Shown here: positions 26,026 to 35,818 of the stretch, one piece after another
Position numbering within the stretch: position 1 is the stretch's first letter
How the letters are laid out: the number at the start of each line of letters is the position of its first letter
IMG/VR virus record: IMGVR_UViG_3300045020_000042
Span: 1-57,355 of that record
Source of the DNA: a virus
Taxonomy: Duplodnaviria > Caudoviricetes
Length of the DNA: 57,355 nucleotides
Direction: 5' to 3' (one strand)
Notes under the pieces: model-generated
What the model was told of the DNA's origin: nothing
Databases searched by the model: none
What the model saw: the letters and a program-made list of their open reading frames with translations, nothing else
Translations under genes and position numbers: made by a program

Positions 26026-28059
26026 TTAGAGGTTAGATGTTGAGTTAGCGAGACCAGCGGCGAGGAACGTCATCCCGTCGAGCGACAGGTACTGGTTCTG
26101 ACCGGCCTGGATCGTGACGTTGCCCGCCGTATCGATCCAGACCTCGCCCGCGACGATCGAACCGCCACCGCGTGTAAGCGCCGGGAGCTTCACCTGCTGG
26201 TCCGGCTGGAACCCGGCGGGCAGCGTGAACATCAGCGTGCCGGGCGTCGTCGTGCCGTTCGCGAGCGTGCCAGCCAGGTGAACGACACCGTTCGCGTCCT
26301 TCATGAACCGGCCAGTAGACGTGGGAGCGGTCGGGCTGTTCGCCCAGGCGTTTGCGAACGTCGTAATGGACTTGATGACACCCATCGTACCGATGCCGTT
26401 ATCGATCACCGGAGCGGCGACGCTCGACCCGTACGTGTTCGGGCCGATCCGGGTATTGACCGCGGTTGTGTCAACCACGATCCCGGCAGAACCCGCGTTC
26501 GCGTTGAGGATCACGTTGTCCTCGACGTGTACGCCGATACAGTTGTTCAGGTGAACCACACCGGCGTTTGAGACCCCGCTGAAGATCGAGATCAGGTTAC
26601 CGCGGATCTCACCCGTCGACATGGTGCCGTTCTGACCCCGGATATCCACCGCGTACTGCTGCGCCCCGGTGAACGCTCCGCTCTGTTCGCAGTTGTTCCG
26701 CAGGAACTTGAACCGGGACCCCGAGTCGATCTGAAGCGCGCCGCCCGTGTTCGTGATGTTGTTGTTTTCCATCGTGAGCAGCGAGGCGCCGGCGGTGAGC
26801 GACGCGTAGATCCCAGTGTTTGCGCCACTGATCACGTTCTTATGGATCGTGTTCGAGTCCCCAGACGACTGCAGGTTGACGCCACCGATCAGCGTGCTGT
26901 GCTCAATAGCCGAGCCGAACATCGCGCCGTTCACGTTGTTCGCCGGGTTGTTGATGTGTAGAAACGCGGCGCCGCCTGCCTGGTCGGCCCCCATGATGTT
27001 CATACGCGAGAAAACTTTCTTCTTGACCGTGCACCCTACGGCCGACGTATTGATGTAGATCCCGTTCAGTCCATGCCGCGTACCGGTGTCTGGGTCGCCG
27101 AGTGCGAGACCGTTCCACTCCGTGCAGATATCGGGGTTGTTCGGGTCCGGGTTGTACTGGATCGTTGATACTATGGTTCCAGCGACCGGAAAGATGGATC
27201 CGAACGCTCCGTCTGCGTAGATGTTAACGGGTTCAGTGATAGGGATACAGTAGGGATTCGCGACGTCTTGCGACACTACGTAGGAGTTCGCCGCCGTCGC
27301 AAAGATGTTCGCCTTCCCGTAGGCCGGGATCGCAGCGAACATGGCCCTGAAGGCCGCGGAATCGTCGGTCGACCGGTTCCCCACGGCACCGTAGTCCTTC
27401 ACATCGTAGATGTCGAAGATCCGGTTGTAGAGCCGGCTGCTCGACGAGACGCTCGAGTCCGTTACGGTGCCCGCGCCAGGCGCGCCGATCGTCAGTACGG
27501 TCCCGCCCTTCACGTAGAGCTTCTGGGTACCGACCGGGATGCCGGCCGGGAACGTCAGGGTCTCGTTGTTCGCGCCGCCGAGCGTGAAGGTGTCTCCGCC
27601 CTGGGAGGCCGCGTCGAACTGGACCCAGAGGTTCCCCGCCGAGCCGTAGTTCTGAGAAAGCGTGACCGACGTCGGTCCCGGGCCGGCGACGAAGTCGACG
27701 CCTGCCACGAAGCCGACCTGACCGCCCGACCCCTTCTCATCGGTCTCGTTCCCGACGGCCGGACCGGAGTTCGAGGTGATGTTATTGACGGTCCAGTACG
27801 GGTTCGTCGGTGGGTTCGTATCGGTCGCTGGCGACAGGACGAACTTGTACGCGACAGACGGGAGCAGCCAGATCGACGCCTGGCCGTTCGCGTCGAGAAT
27901 GATTGGGTTCGCGTTCGCCACCAGCCCGGTCGAGTCCGTGTAGGTCGCGATCGGGTTCGTGGTGCCGGCAGCGTAGGTGAACAGCTGGCCACCAGCGACG
28001 GGCGAGCCGTTCTGGTTGAACTGTTGCAGCGCAAGCGGTGCAAGTTGGACGGTTGACAT
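26026..28059 (-). CDS. Tailspike / beta-helix depolymerase
   Basis: N-terminal FTYAAGTTNP.ATYTD...NPIILDA.G anchor; DVKDYGAVG...DDSAAF; Asn-rich beta-helix; C-terminal FTLPAGFQP domain. Confidence 0.9.
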   Translation of the reverse strand: MSTVQLAPLALQQFNQNGSPVAGGQLFTYAAGTTNPIATYTDSTGLVANANPIILDANGQASIWLLPSVAYKFVLSPATDTNPPTNPYWTVNNITSNSGPAVGNETDEKGSGGQVGFVAGVDFVAGPGPTSVTLSQNYGSAGNLWVQFDAASQGGDTFTLGGANNETLTFPAGIPVGTQKLYVKGGTVLTIGAPGAGTVTDSSVSSSSRLYNRIFDIYDVKDYGAVGNRSTDDSAAFRAMFAAIPAYGKANIFATAANSYVVSQDVANPYCIPITEPVNIYADGAFGSIFPVAGTIVSTIQYNPDPNNPDICTEWNGLALGDPDTGTRHGLNGIYINTSAVGCTVKKKVFSRMNIMGADQAGGAAFLHINNPANNVNGAMFGSAIEHSTLIGGVNLQSSGDSNTIHKNVISGANTGIYASLTAGASLLTMENNNITNTGGALQIDSGSRFKFLRNNCEQSGAFTGAQQYAVDIRGQNGTMSTGEIRGNLISIFSGVSNAGVVHLNNCIGVHVEDNVILNANAGSAGIVVDTTAVNTRIGPNTYGSSVAAPVIDNGIGTMGVIKSITTFANAWANSPTAPTSTGRFMKDANGVVHLAGTLANGTTTPGTLMFTLPAGFQPDQQVKLPALTRGGGSIVAGEVWIDTAGNVTIQAGQNQYLSLDGMTFLAAGLANSTSNL

Positions 28060-28081
28060 CAGAGTTTTACCCCGTTATTAG

Positions 28082-28519
28082 TTAGTAGCTGAGATTCGCA
28101 TCGACCGAGATTGTCATGTTTGGAGTCGTTGCGCCGACGAGCTGCACCCGCCAAACTGCGGGCAGAAAATCCGATGCGGACAGGTTCGCAGCCACGGTCT
28201 CACCCGGATAGACCTTAAGGACCACGACCCCGGTCGCTGCGAGCGCGGTACTCGAGAGGATGGTATAGTAGTTGCCGAACGCGTCCTTGCCCTGCAGGTT
28301 CACCGTGTAGGTGCCTGAGGTGAACGCGCTGACATTGACGACTAGGTGCAACCCCTTCCAGCTAGCGTTCTGCTGGTCGTTCGAATTCACGGTCGTTGCG
28401 GTCTGAACAGCCGCGGGGAAGATCGTGACCTGCTGGTTCGGGGCCTGCTGGGCCTGAGCGGGCGCCGACAGGAGACAGGCAGCGATCGTGAGAACGAGTG
28501 CGGTAAGCAGTGCTTTCAT
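28082..28519 (-). CDS. Beta-rich protein with signal-peptide-like N-terminus
   Basis: MKALLTALVLTIAACLLSAPAQA; AAGGAG RBS. Confidence 0.7.
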   Translation of the reverse strand: MKALLTALVLTIAACLLSAPAQAQQAPNQQVTIFPAAVQTATTVNSNDQQNASWKGLHLVVNVSAFTSGTYTVNLQGKDAFGNYYTILSSTALAATGVVVLKVYPGETVAANLSASDFLPAVWRVQLVGATTPNMTISVDANLSY

Positions 28520-28529
28520 GGTACTCTCC

Positions 28530-29870
28530 TTAGAAGTCGGGCAGTTCTTTGAAACCCAGCGACTTGGCCTTCGGGATCAGCTTCTCGAGATCCTTGCCGA
28601 CGTCGGTGCGCAGGATACGGTCCTGGTACTTGATCCGTTCGGCGGCCGCGTACGCCTCAGCGATCGCGTCGTGAACGTCTGACCCCTGGGCGGTCACCGT
28701 GCAGACGTACGGCCCCGAGGTCTTGTAAACCATGTCTTTGATCACCTTGCCGTGGCTCATGCACGGGCCCTCCTCGATGATCATTGCGGCCGGGGAGACG
28801 TACTCCCACACCTCCTCGATCCCGGTAATCAGCGAGCCAACGGCCTCCATGTGGTCATGCGTCGGCTGCGGGTACGGCGGCTTCGCCATGACGAGACAGA
28901 TAGCGGGCCGCTCATCAACGACCAGCGAGTCGTAGCCGTTAGCGAGATCGCTCATCCACTCGATCGGGTCGCAGCGGTGGCAATGAAGGAACGCGAAGAT
29001 CTCCGGGTAGCCGAAGCGCGCGCTGACCTCGAACGGGACGTACTTCCCCTTCTTCGTGACTGCGCCGCCGACCGCGAAGTCACCGACGTGACCCATCTCA
29101 ACGAGCGTCTCCTCGAACCGCATGAGATGGTCAGACAGCACGCTCTCGGCCGTGTCGGTGTAGTATTTCGTGAGATCTCCCATCTCACCGGTCGACGGGC
29201 CGTAGTTCTCGTTCATGAGCTTCTTGTACTCAACGCTCACGTTATGCGCCTTCGAGAACCCGTTCGGGCCGCACCAGGCCGAGACACCAAGCTCCATGAG
29301 CAGGTCTGCCTTCTCCTGCAGCATGAGTTGACCCTTGATCTTCGCGCCCTGGGTCTTCTTCGACTCGAGAAACGCGACCAGGTCGGCCGGATCGTGCGCG
29401 ACGTAGGTGAGACTCTTGTCCTCCTCGTCGCCCATCGGCTTCATGACCATCGGGTCCTGGCACTTCCACGCGTACGCGATCGTGGCGTCGAGCGTCGGGA
29501 AGATCTTGTACTCGGGAACTTCGAAGCCGAACTTCTCAAAGAGCTTCATCCCGGCCCCGCGATCGTGCTCGAGCGTCATGCTCTTGACGGTCGGCCCGAA
29601 GACCCGCCAGCCGCGATTCTTCCACTTCTCGAGCGCGGTCGTGACCTGCCGGTCGTTGAACATGTTCACGACCAGGCCGTCCTTACCGACCCAGAGCATA
29701 GCCTTCGGCCAGTCCTTCACCTTGGTGATACCGGCGAAGCCCTTTCCGTCAAGCGGCTGCATCCCGCCGTCGCCGGGTCGTTGCCACCACTGGACCTCAT
29801 GGCCTCCTTCGGCCGCACGGTACGCGAGGTCCAGGCCCATGCAGTCGGGGTCGACAATCAGCACTCGCAT
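28530..29870 (-). CDS. PurD (GAR synthetase)-like ATP-grasp ligase
   Basis: VFGPT...LE.DR..G, VMKP, LQEK, EYKKL...GPSTGEMG (PurD: GPNTGGMG), EVSARFGYPE (PurD: EFNARFGDPE), RTDVG. Confidence 0.85.
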   Translation of the reverse strand: MRVLIVDPDCMGLDLAYRAAEGGHEVQWWQRPGDGGMQPLDGKGFAGITKVKDWPKAMLWVGKDGLVVNMFNDRQVTTALEKWKNRGWRVFGPTVKSMTLEHDRGAGMKLFEKFGFEVPEYKIFPTLDATIAYAWKCQDPMVMKPMGDEEDKSLTYVAHDPADLVAFLESKKTQGAKIKGQLMLQEKADLLMELGVSAWCGPNGFSKAHNVSVEYKKLMNENYGPSTGEMGDLTKYYTDTAESVLSDHLMRFEETLVEMGHVGDFAVGGAVTKKGKYVPFEVSARFGYPEIFAFLHCHRCDPIEWMSDLANGYDSLVVDERPAICLVMAKPPYPQPTHDHMEAVGSLITGIEEVWEYVSPAAMIIEEGPCMSHGKVIKDMVYKTSGPYVCTVTAQGSDVHDAIAEAYAAAERIKYQDRILRTDVGKDLEKLIPKAKSLGFKELPDF

Positions 29871-29871
29871 G

Positions 29872-30054
29872 TTACTTCTTCCCTTTGATCTTCGAACCCG
29901 ACTGGCGCGACTTGCTGTACGCGATCGCGACATCGATCTTCTGCGCCTTCGCCTTCCCGAACTTCTTCTCCATCTTTGCGTGGTGAGGACCCTTTGACAG
30001 CTCGGAGATGTTCGAACTGATCGTTTTCTTCGACTTTCCCGCTTTGAGTGGCAT
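29872..30054 (-). CDS. Small Lys-rich protein
   Basis: MPLKAGKSKKTISSNISEL...VAIAYSK; AGGAG RBS. Confidence 0.75.
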   Translation of the reverse strand: MPLKAGKSKKTISSNISELSKGPHHAKMEKKFGKAKAQKIDVAIAYSKSRQSGSKIKGKK

Positions 30055-30129
30055 GATCTTCTCTCCTGATGACGCCAAAATCACACTGGCAGCATGAGAC
30101 GTCGCGGCCGCAGAGTCCGCAATCCATGG

Positions 30130-30273
30130 TTAATACCTCTTCTTGCGTGGCTTGTCGACGTTCTTCAACGCCGTCTTCACGATCTTAGTCTTCAACCCCT
30201 TCGCGGGGTTCGGCTCGGCCTGAGGTTTCGGAGACTTCATCTGTTTCACGCTTTTCATTCCGATCTTCTTCAT
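30130..30273 (-). CDS. Small Lys-rich protein (47 aa, not in ORF track)
   Basis: MKKIGMKSVKQMKSPKPQAEPNPAKGLKTKIVKTALKNVDKPRKKRY; TGATG coupling to the upstream gene. Confidence 0.65.
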   Translation of the reverse strand: MKKIGMKSVKQMKSPKPQAEPNPAKGLKTKIVKTALKNVDKPRKKRY

Positions 30274-33185
30274 CACTGACCCTCAGCTGGTTGAGGTTGA
30301 GCGGCCTGGTTCGCTGACCGGAGCGCGGCGGCCGCGGCCTGCGCTGGTTTCTTCCCACTGATGATATTCGCGACGATCTGCAGCGCACCCGGGCTCTTGG
30401 TATCAAGGTTCGCGAGGTCTTGCATCTCACGCACCGAGAAGTCGCTCGTCATCACGCTAGCGAGCTTCCCGTACGCGCCCCTGCGCGTGAAGTCCGTGAT
30501 CGCGTTCAAGATCGTCTTCTTCGCCCCCACTGAGACCGCGTCAACGGCGGCGTTTGCGGCGTTCTTAGCCGCTTCCTCTCCGACGTCGCCGACTCGCGCA
30601 GCCTTCGGCGCACCGAGGCGTCCTGTCGCGTCAAGGACGTCGAGGAACCGGCCGAAGCCCTGGTAGACCTTCGTCGGGTCGGCGCCTTGCGCCTCGGCGG
30701 ACTTCTGGATCATGGTGCGCAGGTTCGCTGCCTCCTTCGGGTTCGGCTCGAGCGCGTCGCGCAGCGTCGTCCCACGCGTCGTCAGCGTCTCGCCGCGGCT
30801 CGGCTTCAGCGCGGAATTCAGCTTGTCCTCGAGGTACGAGCGTACCACGTTCGGGAACGTGGTTTTATCGCTCTTGTTGAACGCGTCGGCGATCGTTGCG
30901 ATCCGCTCGGGGGTGGCGTTCTTTCCCTGCAGCTCGCTCGCGACCCTGCTAGCAACCGCTTCCTTCTGCGCGTCCGCGCCTCGGCCGGCCAGCTTACCGA
31001 TCGGCCCCTTCATCATCGGGTCGATGACCTCCTTGCTGATCTGCTCGTAGATCTGACGGCCGTTGCGGATCGCCGGTGACACGTCCTTGATCAGGTTATC
31101 AAGGTCCGAGATGTGGCTGCCGATCACACCGGCCTGGGTACGCTGCTCCGGGGTCGGGTTCAGGCCGAGCATGGTCTTGTCGCGGTTCGCCTTGTAGATG
31201 CTCTCGAGCTGTGACGGCAGGACGATCGGACGCCCACCGGGCGCGAGCTCGTCCCGGTACTGCTGAAGGATCTTGCCCTCGGGCGTGTCGCCAGCGAGCC
31301 GGATCTGACTGTCGATCTTTGACAAGAGGCCGCTGACCTTCGTCTGGATCTGCGGCAGGTTCTTCTGGGCGAGCCGGTCTGCGGCGTTCTCGAGGTCGCG
31401 TTGCGACGCATCGAGCTGCGCGCGGAACTGGTTCGCACGGTTCACGGCCTCGTAGGTGCCCGACTTGCCCTCGTCGGCGCGCATATCGTGACGCTCGGCC
31501 TTCGTGCGTTGAGTCCACGTCGTCTGCGTGTTGCCTTCCTCGTCCTTGTACGCACCCTTCCTGATCGCCTTGTTCATCAGGTTAATCTGCTCGTTCGCGA
31601 ACTGATGCAGCTTACCAGCGACTTGCACCGCGCTGTTGCGCGAGTCGCTGAGCGCCACGATCTTCGACGGCAGCGACTTCACCGTGTCGGTCAGGTCAAG
31701 CGCCTCGGTGTCGCTCGCGCGCTGACCCTGATAGTGCGGCCCTGCGGCCTCCGTACGGTACTCCTGAGCGTCGCGGATGACCTTGTCCGCGGCCTCCTGC
31801 GCGGCGTTCGCGGCCTCCTGGGTCCCGGTGTTCGTCCCGCCGATCTTCGCGAGGTTGTTCCGCGCGGCGTCCTCGACCTGCTGCGGTCGCTCGGCGAGCG
31901 CGTTCTGGATCTTGTTCCCGCTTGCAGGCGCCGCGGCGACGTCAGACGTAAGGGTGTGCAGCTGCTGGCTGCCGGCAAGCGCCTCCGGGCCCAGCAGCGG
32001 GATCCCCTGCCGTTGCGACTCGGTCAGCAGCTCCCGGGCCTTGTTCCAGTCCTCGGGTGAGTTGGCCTGTACCGCCTTCTGGAGGAGCCTCGCGGCGTTG
32101 ACCGTCGCACGGTCCGACGACTGCAGGAGGTTCGCGACGCTCAACGGCGCCATGCCGCCCGTCAGGCCGATGATGAACTGACCGAGCGGGCTGGCGCCGC
32201 TCTCCCGGGCCGTTCCCGCTGCGCCTGCGCCCGTCGCGGCCGCTGCAGCCTGCTGAACGGGCTGTTGGCTCAGTTGGGCGAGCGCGTTCTGAGCGATCGG
32301 GTTCGCCACGACCTTGCTGGCCTGACCAGCGAGCCCAGCGCCCGTGAGCGTGCTTGCGACGCCGCCTTGAACGTCGGAGAGGACGCGCTCGGTCGGCGTC
32401 GCAGGCTGCGGCAGCCCAGCCGCGGTCAGCGCGTTCTGCGTCACCTGGGACGGCAGCGCGAGCTGAGGGATGTTCGTACTGGCCAGCGCGTTGACGCCAC
32501 GGATTCCAGCGTTGATCCCCGTGTTCAGTAGATCGCCGATCCCGGTGATTGGGCTCGCTGCGCCAGCCGCGACCGCCCGAGTCCCCAGCCCGACGCCTCG
32601 GACGTCTGACTGCAGCTGGGTGGGTTCCTGATAGTCGTCGGCCGGCGCCGCAGCGGCCGGCGTGTCGGTGACACCGTCGAACTGGTCAAACGGGTTCGTG
32701 GTCTTCGAGCCAGGCACGCCGGCGACGGTCGCGGCCGAAGCGGCGACCTTCGTAGCATACTGGTTATCCTCAGCGTAACCCTTCAGCCCGGTCGTGAACT
32801 TCTTGACGTCGTTACCTGCGTCGACCGCGTTCGGGTATTTCGTCTTGACCAGGTCGACGTAGTGGTCCGCGAACGCGTCTGGGCTCTCGAACTTCGCGTA
32901 TGAGTCGGTCGACCCGGTCTGGTTGTCCTTTGCCGCTACCCCCGTCTTTGACTTGATATTTCCCAGGTTGTTCGTCCCTGGGATGATTGACTTGCCCCAT
33001 CGCGTTTCTTCGCCCCATTGGCCCAGGATCAGGTCGGGGTCGATGCCCAGCGCCTTGCCGGCCTTCTCCGCGGCTGCGCCGTACTTCGCCTTGAACGACG
33101 CGGGGTCTCCGGACATGCCGGTAGTGTCCGGAGTCGACGTGGTCGAGCCGGTAGTGCCGTCAAACTGGTCGAAGACGTTTGCCAT
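30273..33185 (-). CDS. Large ejection (DNA transfer) protein with N-terminal glucosaminidase/FlgJ-like domain
   Basis: ILGQWGEETRWG...NNLGNIK...Y.KF.S...GYAED.QY; Ala/Gly-rich hydrophobic region; position after gp7/gp20-like genes. Confidence 0.8.
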   Translation of the reverse strand: MANVFDQFDGTTGSTTSTPDTTGMSGDPASFKAKYGAAAEKAGKALGIDPDLILGQWGEETRWGKSIIPGTNNLGNIKSKTGVAAKDNQTGSTDSYAKFESPDAFADHYVDLVKTKYPNAVDAGNDVKKFTTGLKGYAEDNQYATKVAASAATVAGVPGSKTTNPFDQFDGVTDTPAAAAPADDYQEPTQLQSDVRGVGLGTRAVAAGAASPITGIGDLLNTGINAGIRGVNALASTNIPQLALPSQVTQNALTAAGLPQPATPTERVLSDVQGGVASTLTGAGLAGQASKVVANPIAQNALAQLSQQPVQQAAAAATGAGAAGTARESGASPLGQFIIGLTGGMAPLSVANLLQSSDRATVNAARLLQKAVQANSPEDWNKARELLTESQRQGIPLLGPEALAGSQQLHTLTSDVAAAPASGNKIQNALAERPQQVEDAARNNLAKIGGTNTGTQEAANAAQEAADKVIRDAQEYRTEAAGPHYQGQRASDTEALDLTDTVKSLPSKIVALSDSRNSAVQVAGKLHQFANEQINLMNKAIRKGAYKDEEGNTQTTWTQRTKAERHDMRADEGKSGTYEAVNRANQFRAQLDASQRDLENAADRLAQKNLPQIQTKVSGLLSKIDSQIRLAGDTPEGKILQQYRDELAPGGRPIVLPSQLESIYKANRDKTMLGLNPTPEQRTQAGVIGSHISDLDNLIKDVSPAIRNGRQIYEQISKEVIDPMMKGPIGKLAGRGADAQKEAVASRVASELQGKNATPERIATIADAFNKSDKTTFPNVVRSYLEDKLNSALKPSRGETLTTRGTTLRDALEPNPKEAANLRTMIQKSAEAQGADPTKVYQGFGRFLDVLDATGRLGAPKAARVGDVGEEAAKNAANAAVDAVSVGAKKTILNAITDFTRRGAYGKLASVMTSDFSVREMQDLANLDTKSPGALQIVANIISGKKPAQAAAAALRSANQAAQPQPAEGQ

Positions 33186-33187
33186 GA

Positions 33188-34657
33188 TCAGGGGAGGTAT
33201 CCGTATTTAGCCTTGAACTGGTCCTTTGCTTCCGGGTGCGCCTTCAAGTAGTCGATCGCGGCCTGCGGAGCCTTTTCTTTACCCCCGCCTGAGCTGGCCT
33301 CCTGCTTCTTGACGAAGTCCTTCAACGTCGCCTTCGGATTCTTGCTCGCCTGCAGGTTATCGATGTCCTCGACCGTGAACGGCACGGCTTGCTTCGTCTG
33401 GTTCACGATCTTCGTGGCCAGGTCCTTCGCCGACTGCGGCGCGCGATCGTTCGACTGGATCACGTCCATGGCGCCTTCGACGATCTGCCGGGTCTCAGCG
33501 AGCTTGTAGGCCTTCGTCAGGTTCGTGTCGCCTTCCTTGAAGACGATCGCGTCCATCTGGTGCGTGAGCGAACCGCTCGGCGCCAGGCCCTGGGACTCGA
33601 GCGTGGCTAGGTTCCGCTGCAGGCCCGCGATCTTCACGTTGTACGTCTGTGCCTCTTGCGACGTCACTGTGTTTGCAAGCACGTTCTTCGGTGCGTCAAG
33701 CAGCGATGGTCCAGCGGTCGAACCACCGAAGATCCCGGAGCTGGAGGTCGTCGGTCCGCGTGCGATGTTCGAGATGTCGCGCATCGCCAGACCGGCCGAC
33801 GACAGCGCACGGTTCACGTACACGGCCTCTCGGGCGCCAAACGGCGTGCCCTTGGCACCGCCCGGAGCTGTCTCCTTAGCCACGTGGTCGGCGACCGCCT
33901 TCTTGTACTCAGGCGTGTCCTTGCCGTACGTCGCCGCGGCCTCCTTCATGAACGGCGTCTCCTGCGCAGCCTCGGTGCGAGTGTTGTCGTTATTCTCGAG
34001 CCGGACCTCGCGATCCTGCTGGACCTGCAGCGCGCTCTGCTGACGACGCTCATCGAGCACGCGCTTGTACCCCGGAGCGGCTGCGACAAACGCACGGTTC
34101 ATGTCCGGGTTAAACGGCCCCTGGAACCGCTGCGCCTGCTGCGGTAGCAGCGTGCCGTCCTGCTGCGCCTGGTTGACCGCGTCGTTCCGTTCCTTCGACA
34201 CGATCTTCGTGGCCTCAGCGGCCGGCGTCCCGCTCGCGACCAGGTCGTCATACCGGACCTGCGCGTTCGTGGCGATCTCCTGGAGCCGGTCGGTCTGGTT
34301 ATCGTTCACCTGCAACCCGAGCAGCCGTTGGTGGATCTGGTTCGTCAGCGCCGCCTGGCGTTGCTGCTCGTACCGCGCCAGGTTGTTCTGTAGAGTTATC
34401 CCCGCCTCGGGGTTGATCGTCGTGATCTTCCCGATAGTCTCTTGGGTCGGCAGTCCGTTGTCACCAACGGCCCCCGGCTGCCTCAGGATGTCGAGCATCG
34501 CGTTCTTCTGCTGGGCCTGTTGCTGGGCATCGGCGACCTGCAGCTGCGTGAGCTGGTTCTTGTACTGCAGCTGCTGCAGCGCAGCCTGGCCCTGAGGCGT
34601 GAGAGCCTCAGGGAATTTGTACCCCAGAGGGATGCTTGCATCAACGGTATCAGCCAT
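33188..34657 (-). CDS. Ejection protein (P22 gp20-like position)
   Basis: Gln/Ala-rich helical protein, synteny. Confidence 0.65.
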   Translation of the reverse strand: MADTVDASIPLGYKFPEALTPQGQAALQQLQYKNQLTQLQVADAQQQAQQKNAMLDILRQPGAVGDNGLPTQETIGKITTINPEAGITLQNNLARYEQQRQAALTNQIHQRLLGLQVNDNQTDRLQEIATNAQVRYDDLVASGTPAAEATKIVSKERNDAVNQAQQDGTLLPQQAQRFQGPFNPDMNRAFVAAAPGYKRVLDERRQQSALQVQQDREVRLENNDNTRTEAAQETPFMKEAAATYGKDTPEYKKAVADHVAKETAPGGAKGTPFGAREAVYVNRALSSAGLAMRDISNIARGPTTSSSGIFGGSTAGPSLLDAPKNVLANTVTSQEAQTYNVKIAGLQRNLATLESQGLAPSGSLTHQMDAIVFKEGDTNLTKAYKLAETRQIVEGAMDVIQSNDRAPQSAKDLATKIVNQTKQAVPFTVEDIDNLQASKNPKATLKDFVKKQEASSGGGKEKAPQAAIDYLKAHPEAKDQFKAKYGYLP

Positions 34658-34659
34658 GA

Positions 34660-35442
34660 TCAGTTCCCACTATAGTTAGCGATGAGATCTTGCGGCGTGT
34701 TACCGTTCTGGCTGTACACGGACGCGTTAGCGGCCCCGTTATTGTTGTTCGCCAGGCCCTGCAGCGAGTTGATGAGCCCCGAGTTGCTGAAGATGCTTTG
34801 CAGCCCGCTCGAGAACGCGTTAGCCGATCCGATCGTGCCGGCGGCTTGGGCGTTGCCCGCACCGATGGTATTGCTTCCGATCTCGCCAGCGACGTTCGTA
34901 CCGATGCCGGCGACCCCGGCCGCGGCGTTTGCGCCCTGTCCAGAGATGCCCGACAGGCGCGAAAACACGTTGTTAAGCTGCGTGTTCCAGTTGTTGAACT
35001 CGGTCTGATAGGCCGACTGAGCGGTCTGCTGACCATAGTTCGTCAATGCCTCGAGCGTCGCCCCTGAGTTCACACCACCGAGCGAGCTCGCATTGTTCAG
35101 GATCGCGTTCTCACCAGTCTGGAGCTGGAAGTTGTACAGCGGGTCGTTCGCAGGGTTCCACTGGAAGTTTGCGACGCCCGGCGCCGTGCCCGTCCCGTTG
35201 ACACCAGTACCGTTGTTCAGACCGAGGAACGACTGCAGCGCGGTAAGCGCGTTGTTGCCCGCACCCATGTACGGTTGCAGGTTCGCCTCGTTCTGGTTGT
35301 ACATCTGCAGTTCGGCCGCGGTTGCACTATTCGCAGCATTGGCCTGTGTATTCGCCGCGCTCTGCGAGGCGTTTGAACCGATCACCGAGCTACCGATCGC
35401 CCCGACCGCGCCGACCGCGGCAGCTGCAACTCCCCATGGCAT
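34660..35442 (-). CDS. Ejection protein (P22 gp7-like)
   Basis: Hydrophobic N-terminus, QPYM.AG..AL, P.Y.F....G, SGATL.AL..YGQ. Confidence 0.8.
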   Translation of the reverse strand: MPWGVAAAAVGAVGAIGSSVIGSNASQSAANTQANAANSATAAELQMYNQNEANLQPYMGAGNNALTALQSFLGLNNGTGVNGTGTAPGVANFQWNPANDPLYNFQLQTGENAILNNASSLGGVNSGATLEALTNYGQQTAQSAYQTEFNNWNTQLNNVFSRLSGISGQGANAAAGVAGIGTNVAGEIGSNTIGAGNAQAAGTIGSANAFSSGLQSIFSNSGLINSLQGLANNNNGAANASVYSQNGNTPQDLIANYSGN

Positions 35443-35443
35443 T

Positions 35444-35818
35444 TCAGCTCTCCTTGATCAGGACTCGGTCGATCGTTTCAGGATCGGTCTCATCGGTTGC
35501 GTGGACGCACAGCCAGATTGAGTCGGTCAGTGCATAGATACGATGTTTCTTACCTGCCGCGATGTTAATCACGTTAAAGCCTTGGTAAAGGGTCTTTTCG
35601 CCATCGATCATGACCTCTACCACGCCAGAAGCGAGCACGGACATGTGATCATACTTGTGTTCGTGCGTATCTGCGTACCACCCGGCCGGAAGGTGCATCT
35701 CTTTGCCGTAAACACCCGGTGAAAAGTGGTGTTTTATCCCCAGGTCAGCCTCGAGCCGAGCCTTTTCCGTCTCACGCGCAATCGCGGAAGCCGCAAGACC
35801 AAAGAATTGAACCGTCAT
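35444..35818 (-). CDS. Cupin-domain protein
   Basis: HHFSPGVY.KEM.LPAG, HEHKYDH, AGKKH, CVHAT. Confidence 0.8.
   Translation of the reverse strand: MTVQFFGLAASAIARETEKARLEADLGIKHHFSPGVYGKEMHLPAGWYADTHEHKYDHMSVLASGVVEVMIDGEKTLYQGFNVINIAAGKKHRIYALTDSIWLCVHATDETDPETIDRVLIKES

Noticed and set aside
28530-29870. Auxiliary metabolic gene purD
   Set aside because: Active-site motifs are altered, no other purine genes are present and it lies in a structural operon, so the symbol was not assigned.
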